Below, piece by piece: positions 12,786 to 25,921 of a DNA stretch of 64,000 bases. The stretch's first letter is position 1. Each line of letters starts with the position of its first letter. The translations under genes and the position numbers were made by a program. The notes below the pieces were generated by a model. That model was not told the DNA's origin, did no database searches, and saw only the letters and a list, made by a program, of their open reading frames with translations. The stretch comes from Eledone cirrhosa (taxonomy: Eukaryota): assembly GCA_964016885.1 (NCBI GenBank), contig OZ024756.1, positions 11,780,001-11,844,000 of the forward strand, read 5' to 3'.

Positions 12786-15700
12786 GTGTTACCTCAGTTC
12801 TCTACCAGTGAACTGAGGTAACACTGTAATATATCTCCAGTGTTAGAAGCTGAGATAAGGGATGTTACTTCAGTTTACTGGTAGTGAACAGCAAACAGTG
12901 TAATACATCTCCAGTGTTAGAAGCTGAGATAAGGGATGTTACTTCAGTTTACTGATAGTGAACAGCTAACACTGTAATACATCTCCAGTGTTAGAAGCTG
13001 AGATAAGAGGTGTTACTTCAGTTTACTGGTAGTGAACAGCTAACACTGTAATACATCTCCAGTGTTAGAAGCTGAGATAAGAGGTGTTACTTCAGTTTAC
13101 TGGTAGTGAACAGCTAACACTGTAATACATCTCCAGTGTTAGAAGCTGAGATAAGAGGTGTTACTTCAGTTTACTGGTAGTGAACAGCTAACACTGTAAT
13201 ACATCTCCAGTGTTAGAAGCTGAGATAAGAGGTGTTACCTCAGTTTACTGGTAGTGAACAGCTAACACTGTAATACATCTCCAGTGTTAGAAGCTGAGAT
13301 AAGAGGTGTTACTTCAGTTTACTGGTAGTGAACAGCTAACACTGTAATACATCTCCAGTGTTAGAAGCTGAGATAAGAGGTGTTACTTCAGTTTACTGGT
13401 AGTGAACAGCTAACACTGTAATACATCTCCAGTGTTAGAAGCTGAGATAAGGAGTGTTACTTCAGTTTACTGGTAGTGAACAGCTAACACTGTAATACAT
13501 CTCCAGTGTTAGAACCTGAGATAAGGGGTGTTACTTCAGTTTACTGGTAGTGAACAGCTAACACTGTAATACATCTCCAGTGTTAGAAGCTGAGATAAGA
13601 GGTGTTACTTCAGTTTACTGGTAGTGAACAGCTAACACTGTAATACATCTCCAGTGTTAGAAGCTGAGATAAGAGGTGTTACCTCAGTTCACTGGTAGTG
13701 AACAGCTAACACTGTAATACATCTCCAGTATTAGAACCTGAGATAAGGGGTGTTACTTCAGTTTACTGGTAGTGAACAGCTAACACTGTAATACATCTCC
13801 AGTGTTAGAAGCTGAGATAAGAGGTGTTACCTCAGTTCACTGGTAATGAACAGCTAACACTGTAATACATCTCCAGTATTAGAATCTGAGATAAGGGGTG
13901 TTACTTCAGTTTACTGGTAGTGAACAGCTAACACTGTAATACATCTCCAGTGTTAGAAGCTGAGATAAGAGGTGTTACTTCAGTTTACTGGTAGTGAACA
14001 GTTAACACTGTGATACATCTCCAGTGTTAGAAGCTGAGATAAGGGGTGTTACTTCAGTTTACTGGTAGTGAACAGCTAACACTGTAATACATCTCCAGTA
14101 TTAGAACCTGAGATAAGGGGTGTTACTTCAGTTTACTGGTAGTGAACAGCTAACACTGTAATACATCTCCAGTGTTAGAAGCTGAGATAAGAGGTGTTAC
14201 TTCAGTTTACTGGTAGTGAACAGCTAACACTGTAATACATCTCCAGTGTTAGAAGCTGAGATAAGGGGTGTTACTTCAGTTTACTGGTAGTGAACAGCTA
14301 ACACTGTAATACATCTCCAGTGTTAGAACCTGAGATAAGGGGTGTTACCTCAGTTTACTGGTAGTGAACAGCTAACACTGTAATACATCTCCAGTATTAG
14401 AACCTGAGATAAGGGGTGTTACCTCAGTTTACTGGTAGTGAACAGCTAACACTGTAATACATCTCCAGTGTTAGAACCTGAGATAAGGGATGTTACCTCA
14501 GTTCACTGGTAATGAACAGCTAACACTGTAATACATCTCCAGTATTAGAACCTGAGATAAGGGGTGTTACTTCAGTTTACTGGTAGTGAACAGCTAACAC
14601 TGTAATACATCTCCAGTGTTAGAAGCTGAGATAAGAGGTGTTACCTCAGTTCACTGGTAGTGAACAGCTAACACTGTAATACATCTCCAGTATTAGAACC
14701 TGAGATAAGGGGTGTTACTTCAGTTTACTGGTAGTGAACAGCTAACACTGTAATACATCTCCAGTGTTAGAACCTGAGATAAGGGATGTTACCTCAGTTC
14801 ACTGGTAATGAACAGCTAACACTGTAATACATCTCCAGTATTAGAACCTGAGATAAGGGGTGTTACTTCAGTTTACTGGTAGTGAACAGCTAACACTGTA
14901 ATACATCTCCAGTGTTAGAAGCTGAGATAAGAGGTGTTACTTCAGTTTACTGGTAGTGAACAGCTAACACTGTAATACATCTCCAGTGTTAGAAGCTGAG
15001 ATAAGAGGTGTTACTTCAGTTTACTGGTAGTGAACAGCTAACACTGTAATACATCTCCAGTGTTAGAAGCTGAGATAAGGGGTGTTACTTCAGTTTACTG
15101 GTGGTGAACAGCTAACACTGTAATACATCTCCAGTGTTAGAAGCTGAGATAAGGGGTGTTACTTCAGTTTACTGGTAGTGAACAGCTAACACTGTAATAC
15201 ATCTCCAGCGTTAGAACCTGAGATAAGGGGTGTTACCTCAGTTTACTGGTAGTGAACAGCTAACACTGTAATACATCTCCAGTATTAGAACCTGAGATAA
15301 GGGGTGTTACCTCAGTTTACTGGTAGTGAACAGCTAACACTGTAATACATCTCCAGTGTTAGAACCTGAGATAAGGGATGTTACCTCAGTTCACTGGTAA
15401 TGAACAGCTAACACTGTAATACATCTCCAGTATTAGAACCTGAGATAAGGGGTGTTACTTCAGTTTACTGGTAGTGAACAGCTAACACTGTAATACATCT
15501 CCAGTGTTAGAAGCTGAGATAAGAGGTGTTACTTCAGTTTACTGGTAGTGAACAGCTAACACTGTAATACATCTCCAGTGTTAGAAGCTGAGATAAGAGG
15601 TGTTACCTCAGTTCACTGGTAGTGAACAGCTAACACTGTAATACATCTCCAGTGTTAGAAGCTGAGATAAGAGGTGTTACCTCAGTTTACTGGTAGTGAA

Positions 15701-18700
15701 CAGCTAACACTGTAATACATCTCCAGTGTTAGAACCTGAGATAAGGGGTGTTACCTCAGTTTACTGGTAGTGAACAGCTAACACTGTAATACATCTCCAG
15801 TATTAGAACCTGAGATAAGGGGTGTTACTTCAGTTTACTGGTAGTGAACAGCTAACAATGTAATACATCTCCAGTGTTAGAAGCTGAGATAAGAGGTGTT
15901 ACTTCAGTTTACTGGTAGTGAACAGCTAACACTGTAATACATCTCCAGTGTTAGAACCTGAGATAAGGGATGTTACCTCAGTTCACTGGTAATGAACAGG
16001 TAACACTGTAATACATCTCCAGTATTAGAACCTGAGATAAGGGGTGTTACTTCAGTTTACTGGTAGTGAACAGCTAACACTGTAATACATCTCCAGTGTT
16101 AGAAGCTGAGATAAGAGGTGTTACTTCAGTTTACTGGTAGTGAACAGCTAACACTGTAATACATCTCCAGTGTTAGAAGCTGAGATAAGGGGTGTTACTT
16201 CAGTTTACTGGTAGTGAACAGCTAACACTGTAATACATCTCCAGTGTTAGAACCTGAGATAAGGGGTGTTACCTCAGTTTACTGGTAGTGAACAGCTAAC
16301 ACTGTAATACATCTCCAGTATTAGAACCTGAGATAAGGGGTGTTACTTCAGTTTACTGGTAGTGAACAGCTAACACTGTAATACATCTCCAGTGTTAGAA
16401 GCTGAGATAAGAGGTGTTACTTCAGTTTACTGGTAGTGAACAGCTAACACTGTAATACATCTCCAGTGTTAGAAGCTGAGATAAGAGGTGTTACTTCAGT
16501 TTACTGGTAGTGAACAGCTAACACTGTAATACATCTCCAGTGTTAGAAGCTGAGATAAGAGGTGTTACTTCAGTTTACTGGTAGTGAACAGCTAACACTG
16601 TAATACATCTCCAGTGTTAGAAGCTGAGATAAGAGGTGTTACTTCAGTTTACTGGTAGTGAACAGCTAACACTGTAATACATCTCCAGTGTTAGAAGCTG
16701 AGATAAGAGGTGTTACTTCAGTTTACTGGTAGTGAACAGCTAACACTGTAATACATCTCCAGTGTTAGAACCTGAGATAAGGGGTGTTACCTCAGTTTAC
16801 TGGTAGTGAACAGCTAACACTGTAATACATCTCCAGTATTAGAACCTGAGATAAGGGGTGTTACCTCAGTTTACTGGTAGTGAACAGCTAACACTGTAAT
16901 ACATCTCCAGTGTTAGAACCTGAGATAAGGGATGTTACCTCAGTTCACTGGTAATGAACAGCTAACACTGTAATACATCTCCAGTGTTAGAAGCTGAGAT
17001 CAGGGGTGTTACTTCAGTTTACTGGTAGTGAACAGCTAACACTGTAATACATCTCCAGTGTTAGAACCTGAGATAAGGGATGTTACCTCAGTTCACTGGT
17101 AATGAACAGGTAACACTGTAATACATCTCCAGTATTAGAACCTGAGATAAGGGTTGTTACCTCAGTTCACTGGTAGTGAACAGCTAACACTGTAATACAT
17201 CTCCAGTATTAGAACCTGAGATAAGGGGTGTTACTTCAGTTTACTGGTAGTGAACAGCTAACACTGTAATACATCTCCAGTGTTAGAAGCTGAGATAAGA
17301 GGTGTTACTTCAGTTTACTGGTAGTAAACAGCTAACACTGTAATACATCTCCAGTGTTAGAACCTGAGATAAGGGGTGTTACCTCAGTTCACTGGTAGTG
17401 AACAGCTAACACTGTAATACATCTCCAGTGTTAGAAGCTGAGATAAGGGGTGTTACTTCAGTTTACTGGTAGTGAACAGCTAACACTGTAATACATCTCC
17501 AGTGTTAGAAGCTGAGATAAGAGGTGTTACTTCAGTTTACTGGTAGTGAACAGCTAACACTGTAATACATCTCCAGTGTTAGAAGCTGAGATAAGAGGTG
17601 TTACCTCAGTTCACTGGTAGTGAACAGCTAACACTGTAATACATCTCCAGTATTAGAACCTGAGATAAGGGGTGTTACTTCAGTTTACTGGTAGTGAACA
17701 GCTAACACTGTAATACATCTCCAGTGTTAGAAGCTGAGATAAGAGGTGTTACTTCAGTTTACTGGTAGTGAACAGCTAACACTGTAATACATCTCCAGTG
17801 TTAGAACCTGAGATAAGGGATGTTACCTCAGTTTACTGGTAGTGAACAGCTAACACTGTAATACATCTCCAGTGTTAGAACCTGAGATAAGGGATGTTAC
17901 CTCAGTTCACTGGTAGTGAACAGCTAACACTGTAATACATCTCCAGTATTAGAACCTGAGATAAGGGATGTTACCTCAGTTCACTGGTAGTAAACAGCTA
18001 ACACTGTAATACATCTCCAGTGTTAGAACCTGAGATAAGGGATGTTACTTCAGTTTACTGGTAGTAAACAGCTAACACTGTAATACATCTCCAGTGTTAG
18101 AACCTGAGATAAGGGATGTTACCTCAGTTTACTGGTAGTGAACAGGTAACACTGTAATACATCTCCAGTGTTAGAAGCTGAGATAAGAGGTGTTACTTCA
18201 GTTTACTGGTAGTGAACAGCTAACACTGTAATACATCTCCAGTGTTAGAACCTGAGATAAGGGGTGTTACTTCAGTTTACTGGTAGTGAACAGCTAACAC
18301 TGTAATACATCTCCAGTGTTAGAAGCTGAGATAAGCGGTGTTACTTCAGTTTACTGGTAGTGAACAGCTAACACTGTAATACATCTCTAGTGTTAGAAGC
18401 TGAGATAAGGGGTGCTACCTCTGTTTACTGGTAGTGAACAGGTAACACTGTAATACATCTCTAGTGTTAGAAGCTGAGATAAGGGGTGCTACCTCAGTTT
18501 ACTGGTAGTGAACAGCTAACACTGTAATACATCTCCAGTGTTAGAAGCTGAGAGAAGAGGTGTTACTTCAGTTTACTGGTAGTGAACAGCTAACACTGTA
18601 ATACATCTCCAGTGTTAGAACCTGAGATAAGGGATGTTACCTCAGTTCACTGGTAATGAACAGGTAACACTGTAATACATCTCCAGTATTAGAACCTGAG

Positions 18701-21541
18701 ATAAGGGGTGTTACCTCAGTTCACTGGTAGTGAACAGCTAACACTGTAATACATCTCCAGTATTAGAACCTGAGATAAGGGGTGTTACTTCAGTTTACTG
18801 GTAGTGAACAGCTAACACTGTAATACATCTCCAGTGTTAGAAGCTGAGATAAGAGGTGTTACTTCAGTTTACTGGTAGTGAACAGCTAACACTGTAATAC
18901 ATCTCCAGTGTTAGAACCTGAGATAAGGGATGTTACCTCAGTTCACTGGTAATGAACAGGTAACACTGTAATACATCTCCAGTATTAGAACCTGAGATAA
19001 GGGGTGTTACCTCAGTTCACTGGTAGTGAACAGCTAACACTGTAATACATCTCCAGTGTTAGAAGCTGAGATAAGGGGTGTTACTTCAGTTTACTGGTAG
19101 TGAACAGCTAACACTGTAATACATCTCCAGTGTTAGAAGCTGAGATAAGAGGTGTTACTTCAGTTTACTGGTAGTGAACAGCTAACACTGTAATACATCT
19201 CCAGTGTTAGAAGCTGAGATAAGAGGTGTTACCTCAGTTCACTGGTAGTGAACAGCTAACACTGTAATACATCTCCAGTATTAGAACCTGAGATAAGGGG
19301 TGTTACTTCAGTTTACTGGTAGTGAACAGCTAACACTGTAATACATCTCCAGTGTTAGAAGCTGAGATAAGAGGTGTTACTTCAGTTTACTGGTAGTGAA
19401 CAGCTAACACTGTAATACATCTCCAGTGTTAGAAGCTGAGATAAGAGGTGTTACTTCAGTTTACTGGTAGTGAACAGCTAACACTGTAATACATCTCCAG
19501 TGTTAGAACCTGAGATAAGGGATGTTACCTCAGTTTACTGGTAGTGAACAGCTAACACTGTAATACATCTCCAGTGTTAGAACCTGAGATAAGGGATGTT
19601 ACCTCAGTTCACTGGTAGTGAACAGCTAACACTGTAATACATCTCCAGTATTAGAACCTGAGATAAGGGATGTTACCTCAGTTCACTGGTAGTAAACAGC
19701 TAACACTGTAATACATCTCCAGTGTTAGAACCTGAGATAAGGGATGTTACTTCAGTTTACTGGTAGTAAACAGCTAACACTGTAATACATCTCCAGTGTT
19801 AGAACCTGAGATAAGGGGTGTTACTTCAGTTTACTGGTAGTGAACAGCTAACACTGTAATACATCTCCAGTGTTAGAAGCTGAGATAAGAGGTGTTACTT
19901 CAGTTTACTGGTAGTGAACAGCTAACACTGTAATACATCTCCAGTGTTAGAAGCTGAGATAAGCGGTGTTACTTCAGTTTACTGGTAGTGAACAGCTAAC
20001 ACTGTAATACATCTCTAGTGTTAGAAGCTGAGATAAGGGGTGCTACCTCTGTTTACTGGTAGTGAACAGGTAACACTGTAATACATCTCTAGTGTTAGAA
20101 GCTGAGATAAGGGGTGCTACCTCAGTTTACTGGTAGTGAACAGCTAACACTGTAATACATCTCCAGTGTTAGAAGCTGAGATAAGAGGTGTTACTTCAGT
20201 TTACTGGTAGTGAACAGCTAACACTGTAATACATCTCCAGTGTTAGAAGCTGAGATAAGAGGTGTTACTTCAGTTTACTGGTTGTGAACAGCTAACACTG
20301 TAATACATCTCCAGTGTTAGAAGCTGAGATAAGAGGTGTTACCTCAGTTCACTGGTAGTGAACAGCTAACACTGTAATACATCTCCAGTGTTAGAAGCTG
20401 AGATAAGGGATGTTACCTCAGTTCACTGGTAGTGAACAGCTAACACTGTAATACATCTCCAGTGTTAGAACCTGAGATAAGGGATGTTACCTCAGTTTAC
20501 TGGTAGTGAACAGCTAACACTGTAATACATCTCCAGTGTTAGAAGCTGAGATAAGAGGTGTTACTTCAATTCACTGGTAGTGAACAGGTAACACTGTAAT
20601 ACATCTCCAGTGTTAGAAGCTGAGATAAGAGGTGTTACTTCAGTTTACTGGTAGTGAACAGGTAACACTGTAATACATCTCTAGTGTTAGAACCAGAGAT
20701 AAGGGATGTTACCTCAGTTTACTGGTAGTGAACAGGTAACACTGTAATACATCTCCAGTGTTAGAACCAGAGATAAGGGATGTTACCTCAGTTTACTGGT
20801 AGTGAACAGGTAACACTGTAATACATCTCCAGTGTTAGAAGCTGAGATAAGAGGTGTTACTTCAGTTTACTGGTAGTGAACAGGTAACACTGTAATACAT
20901 CTCCAGTGTTAGAACCAGAGATAAGGGATGTTACCTCAGTTTACTGGTAGTGAACAGGTAACACTGTAATACATCTCCAGTGTTAGAAGCTGAGATAAGA
21001 GGTGTTACTTCAGTTTACTGGTAGTGAACAGCTAACACTGTAATACATCTCCAGTGTTAGAACCAGAGATAAGGGATGTTACCTCAGTTTACTGGTAGTG
21101 AACAGGTAACACTGTAATACATCTCCAGTGTTAGAAGCTGAGATAAGGGGTGCTACCTCAGTTTACTGGTAGTGAACAGCTAACACTGTAATACATCTCC
21201 AGTGTTAGAACCAGAGATAAGGGATGTTACCTCAGTTTACTGGTAGTGAACAGGTAACACTGTAATACATCTCCAGTGTTAGAAGCTGAGATAAGAGGTG
21301 TTACTTCAGTTTACTGGTAGTGAACAGGTAACACTGTAATACATCTCCAGTGTTAGAACCAGAGATAAGGGATGTTACCTCAGTTTACTGGTAGTGAACA
21401 GGTAACACTGTAATACATCTCCAGTGTTAGAACCAGAGATAAGGGATGTTACCTCAGTTTACTGGTAGTGAAGCTGGGATAAGGGGTGTTACCTCAGTTC
21501 ACTGGTAGTGAACTGAGATAAGAGGTGTTACCTCAGTTCAC
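12778..21541 (+). repeat. Satellite array, 74-bp unit, ~118 copies
   Basis: Unit gagataagaggtgttacttcagtttactggtagtgaacagctaacactgtaatacatctccagtgttagaagct; the period of 74 was checked at 13001/13075. The last units are truncated. Confidence 0.98.
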
Positions 21542-21585
21542 ATTATAAATGATGCACTGAACCGTTATCTCTTTGTTTTACTTTA

Positions 21586-21635
21586 ACTTTATTTTATTTT
21601 ATTTTATTTTATTTTATTTTATTTTATTTTAGTTT
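21586..21635. repeat. (TTTTA)n
   Basis: Direct reading. Confidence 0.9.
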
Positions 21636-21769
21636 TGTTAAATTACAAATAAAAACGTCCGTTGTGTTGTTTCATCTGGCACGAGGGTCTTTGGAATTTC
21701 ATTCTGCAATAAATGACACTAACAAAATGTCTGTATATTTCTGGCAGAACAATAGTGTTTTCAGGTTGT

Positions 21770-21988
21770 CGATTAACAGAATCAGTAGAACGTCGGACAA
21801 CATGCTTTGTGGCATAGAGTTACGACCCTTTGTGTTCTTCTGAATTCATATCCCGCCGAGGTTAATTTTACCTTTCGTCTTTACAAGATTGATAAAATAA
21901 AGTACCAGTAACGCACTGGGGGTTGATTTAATCGACTTCCTCCCTCCCCAAATTGCTGACCTTTTGCCTATAGTAGAAATCATTATTA
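21770..21988 (+). mobile_element. SINE family A, diverged
   Basis: gataaaataaagtaccagtaa core and tagaaatcattatt tail. Confidence 0.75.
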
Positions 21989-22689
21989 GGATGGTATTTG
22001 GAACATAACTTAACAAAGATTATTAAATAAAATGATGATGGCAGGTTTTTAGACAAATATAGACACACTTTAAAATATAATCAGTTTTGTATGATAAAAA
22101 GAGGGTGTTTTCTGGCAGTTTGCGATGAAGAAAACAGGGGATTAATGAAGATTGGTGACACTAGAAGCTGAAGAGAAGTTATTATGGTTTATTGTGAAAC
22201 CTAATCTCTTTTGTTGATTGTCTAACATAAAATGTTAAATTTTTAGTGTGTATTTTGAGCAAACATGTTAAAAGGAAATGGAAGATGGTATCGTTTGAAA
22301 TCAGTTTTGTTGATTGTTATTGCCTTTAATGAGGACCCAGTGAATAAAGTAGGAAATAATATCTCTATTGGTTACTGGAGTCTGTCTGATTGAGCTCATC
22401 AGCTCATGTTGAAAGAAAGAAACATGGTTCTCTACTCCCAGATAAAACAAGTTGAGATTACAAAGTCAAGTTACATTTTACTGAATAATCCATAGTTTGG
22501 CAGATATATTGGTAATTCTAACTATAGCTTTATCACAGAGAACTTCCCTTGCTGCATATCTGATAGGGAATATTTTATTAGAAATAAAAACTAATTTGCT
22601 GACATAATTATATGTTGGTTGGTTTAATCTTCTTGATACAAACCATCCCAGCCCCCAGACAACCTCTGGACACATCATACATAATGAAT

Positions 22690-22975
22690 GACAGCTCTTG
22701 GTGACATGATAAAAAACACCCAGTTCACACTGTAAAGTGGTTGTGTTGGTGCCACAAAAAAAACCCAACCATCTCACACAGTAAAGTGGTCGCTTCGGTA
22801 CCATGATAAAAGGCACCCAGTCCACATTGTAAATGTGGTTGGCATTAGTAAGGGCATGCAGCCGTAAAAATCATTGTAGAAACTATTCTGTATGAGCAAG
22901 TCACAGTCATCTGATTGACTTGACTCACAATGGGACAACTCGTCTAACCCATGCTAGCATGGAAACATGGATGAA
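22690..22975 (+). mobile_element. RTE-type LINE 3' UTR remnant
   Basis: cacactgtaaagtggttgg...aagggcat.cagccgta...acccatgctagcatggaa, which is shared with the 3' UTRs attached to RTE coding fragments at 55.7-56.3 kb and 63.0-63.6 kb. Confidence 0.7.
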
Positions 22976-24091
22976 CTAGGGGCGGTTTTAGAAAGTTTAG
23001 CTTGAAAAGGGTTAATTATGTTATATATGACTGTGTCAGGTTGACTGATTAAGAATTTTTTTTATTGCTGGGCTTTTAAGCTCTGAAAAGGTATAATGTA
23101 TTTAATAATGATAATGATAATATGTGGTGAGAAGAAAAAAATACTTGTATGAAGAAATGCTGTATAGTTTTAGTGTTTGATGTTAATCAGAGCTGAAGTA
23201 AACTAGAGGAGAAACATAAGCAAAGTAATTAGAAATGATGTGTGTGAGTTGAGGAAGAAGTGTATAAAGTATCATACAACTTGGGTGTCTTAGATATATC
23301 ATGCCTAAACTTGTGTGAGATCTAGCAAGAAAACCTGGAGTTTGTCTTCAGTTATCTCCGCTGCCAGCTTCTCCTGTCTTTTTTTATCTTTTCTACTTGT
23401 TTAGTCTCTTCTATTATACAGCCTTGGGCCAACCAATGTCTTGTGATGGAATATTGGTAACCAGAAACCTTTAGAAAGTTTCTCATTCACATATATGCAC
23501 CTCATTCTTATTATTTCTATTTGTAAATCCATTTATTGTAAGGAACGATGAATACATTTTAAAGAAGAGGATACCTCCTCATTCATTTACCTTTGGCCAG
23601 GAGGAGTTAATGCCATTGGATGATATCCAACATTTATTGGTTGTTTCGATCCTTACCCATAACAACCTCTCATTGGTGGGTTGGTAACCATAACAACCTC
23701 TCATTGGTGGTAGTGGCAGTCAAATCACTGTCCTTCTCCTGACTTCCAGCTTATCTTTTGTCTCTTGCTTCATCATCCACAGGTTCTTTCTGCTGGCTTC
23801 TTCTCTTTTCCTGTCATTCCTATGGCAGTGAACATTCTCCATCCCAGCTAAGCTGACAATCCCCTGCTGACCGCCACCCAAACTGAAATAACCATGCTTG
23901 CCATCATTTTCCCCTGTACTCTTACACTAAGCTTTTCATATTTTACCCTCTTCCACTGAAAGTCCTACGTACTGTAAATGTGTTCCTGTTACAGATGTAT
24001 TAGTATTTCATCTTTCTACCACCTCCAATATCTTTGCCACTTGTGGCCAATAAAAGAAATCAATATCATTAACATTATTATTTTCTTGGAG

Positions 24092-24210
24092 TTGATTGGT
24101 AGTATCGGTAGAGCATCGGATGCCATGATTTGTGACATTGTTACGGTCTGAGTTCAAATCCTGCCGAGGTTAACTTTGCCTTTCATCCTTACAGGGTTGA
24201 TAAAATAAAG
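24092..24210 (+). mobile_element. SINE family A, 3'-truncated
   Basis: Matches the family A head and core. Confidence 0.8.
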
Positions 24211-24215
24211 CATAT

Positions 24216-24217
<2 letters not shown>

Positions 24218-24250
<33 letters not shown>

Positions 24251-24578
24251 TTCATTTTACGTCCGCTTTTCCCTGCTTGCAAGGGTGGGACGGGAACTGA
24301 TTCTGGCTTGATTTCTACAGCTGGATGCCCTTCCTAACACCAACCTCTTTTACAGTGAGTGCTGGGTGCTTCTTTGCCGTGGCACCTCCACGACCACTTT
24401 GCAGTGGAATGATAGGGACCCCAGTCCCCATCATCTCATTTCTACAGCTGAGTAAACTGGAGCAATGTGAAATAAAGTGTCTTGCTCAAGGAAACAACAC
24501 ATCACCCGGTCTGAGAACTGAACTCACAACCTTTCGATTGCAAGGCCAATGCTCTAACCACTGAGCCATGTGCCTCCA
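24218..24578 (-). mobile_element. SINE family B (tRNA-like head, Meta-like core, RTE-derived 3' tail, (ATG)n)
   Basis: On -, tggctcagtggttagagc...gtgagttc is followed by tgttgtttccttgagcaagacacttt (Meta-domain-like, recalled) and then the RTE tail aggaagggcatccagctgtagaaa...ggacgtaaa(atg)n. Confidence 0.85.
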
Positions 24579-25050
24579 TATTATAAAGTAAAGTGACAGG
24601 AGGTCGGGCAGGTTGAATTCCCTTATTTATTTCTGCAAACACTATGCAGATTTTAGTGGCTATGTTTCGTAAGAACCTGGTGACTTCTTCAGGTGTATAT
24701 TGCATAATAGTTTTATACCATATATGTGATAGTTGCTGATTGGTATCTTGGTGTCATCGTCTGCTAGCCATAGCCGTTCTGTTTTGTATTAAGTGAACTC
24801 TCGGGGGTAAGTCTCACTCAGTCACGGGGATCACGATGGCGAGGAAGGACGCTGCAGCCACCCAAAAAGGGTGTCACTGGTGAGCAGAGCAAAAGAGTAC
24901 AAGGAACAAGCTGTGTAATTTATTAAAACCCTCTATTACGTGTCATACATTACAATATATATATATATATATATATATAATTCAAGAAAGAAGAGTGACA
25001 TGGTTGGCTATACAATAAGGCCTTTATTCACATTGCTGACAATTGTTTCT

Positions 25051-25352
25051 TCATTTTTTCAGCTATTTAGGACTTTTTGGAGGCGTTACATGTAGCCAAT
25101 TTTCCCGAAACTTCAAGGCATATTATGCACATAAAAAAATTCATTTTCTTGATCCCCTAGGGCCCGCATTAGGTCAAAACCTGCATTTTTCCTGCTTCAT
25201 GAAGGAAAATTTTAAAGATTATCCAGCCATCAGAGTATTCAGTTTATTTTCTTTATATATTGTCCAGGCATGCAGTTTTTCCGCGATTAGGTCTGTTGGC
25301 AGCCCACGTTCCAAAATACCTTATCCCATGCAACACCGGGTAGCACTGCTAG
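25051..25352 (+). mobile_element. Non-autonomous Helitron family H1, 3' part
   Basis: Homologous to 38430-38897; ends with a GC hairpin and CTAG|T. Confidence 0.8.
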
Positions 25353-25921
25353 TAGTGAATATAAAGTAATGTAAATGGTAAAGGGTTAAGAGCTATAACA
25401 GAATTAGCTTCATTTATTCTGCAACTAAGTCTCTACTAAAAGAATGAATCTCTTTATTAGATGCCAACTTACAATAAATCTAAACAATTAAACATTTTTC
25501 TTTTTGTTAACATTGTTTATATAACTGTTTCCCCTGTTAGCATGTGACGCTAATCTATTGGATATGAAGCCCACCCAGCCACCCAATCAGGTTCGGTGAA
25601 ACAAAACCACATGTTTTAAAGAGTTCCTATTTAAATTTCAACCTTCTTTCATAATATTATATTAGAACCTTTCCTCATGTTACAAATACCATCTTAATAG
25701 TTTTAGTAAATCTTTCCAGATTTTTACATTATTTACCATATACAAGACTACAGCTCTAACACTAAACACATTCATTAGATATAAAGATTGTTAGCAGCAT
25801 TACTGGTCTGCTTGTCTAATATTAGCACAAGTTCAACCATTTGGGGGAAGGGGTAAATCAAATATATCAACTCAAGATTATCCCTTTAGCATTTAAATTA
25901 CTCTCTATATATTATTGCATT

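Noticed and set aside
12778-21541. CRISPR-like array (regular, hairpin-containing repeats)
   Set aside because: There are no unique spacers because the whole 74-bp unit repeats, no cas genes are present, and the context is eukaryotic. The same applies to the 41-bp and 38-bp arrays.
21645-21705. Possible minus-strand micro-exon (NEIPKTLVPDETTQRTFLF) after tttattgcAG
   Set aside because: It is short, has no recognisable homology and a weak donor, and is expected by chance in 64 kb.
24655-24700. Minus-strand ctgaaga...gaaac hammerhead candidate
   Set aside because: Stem II is poor and there is no NUH followed by a stem I partner.
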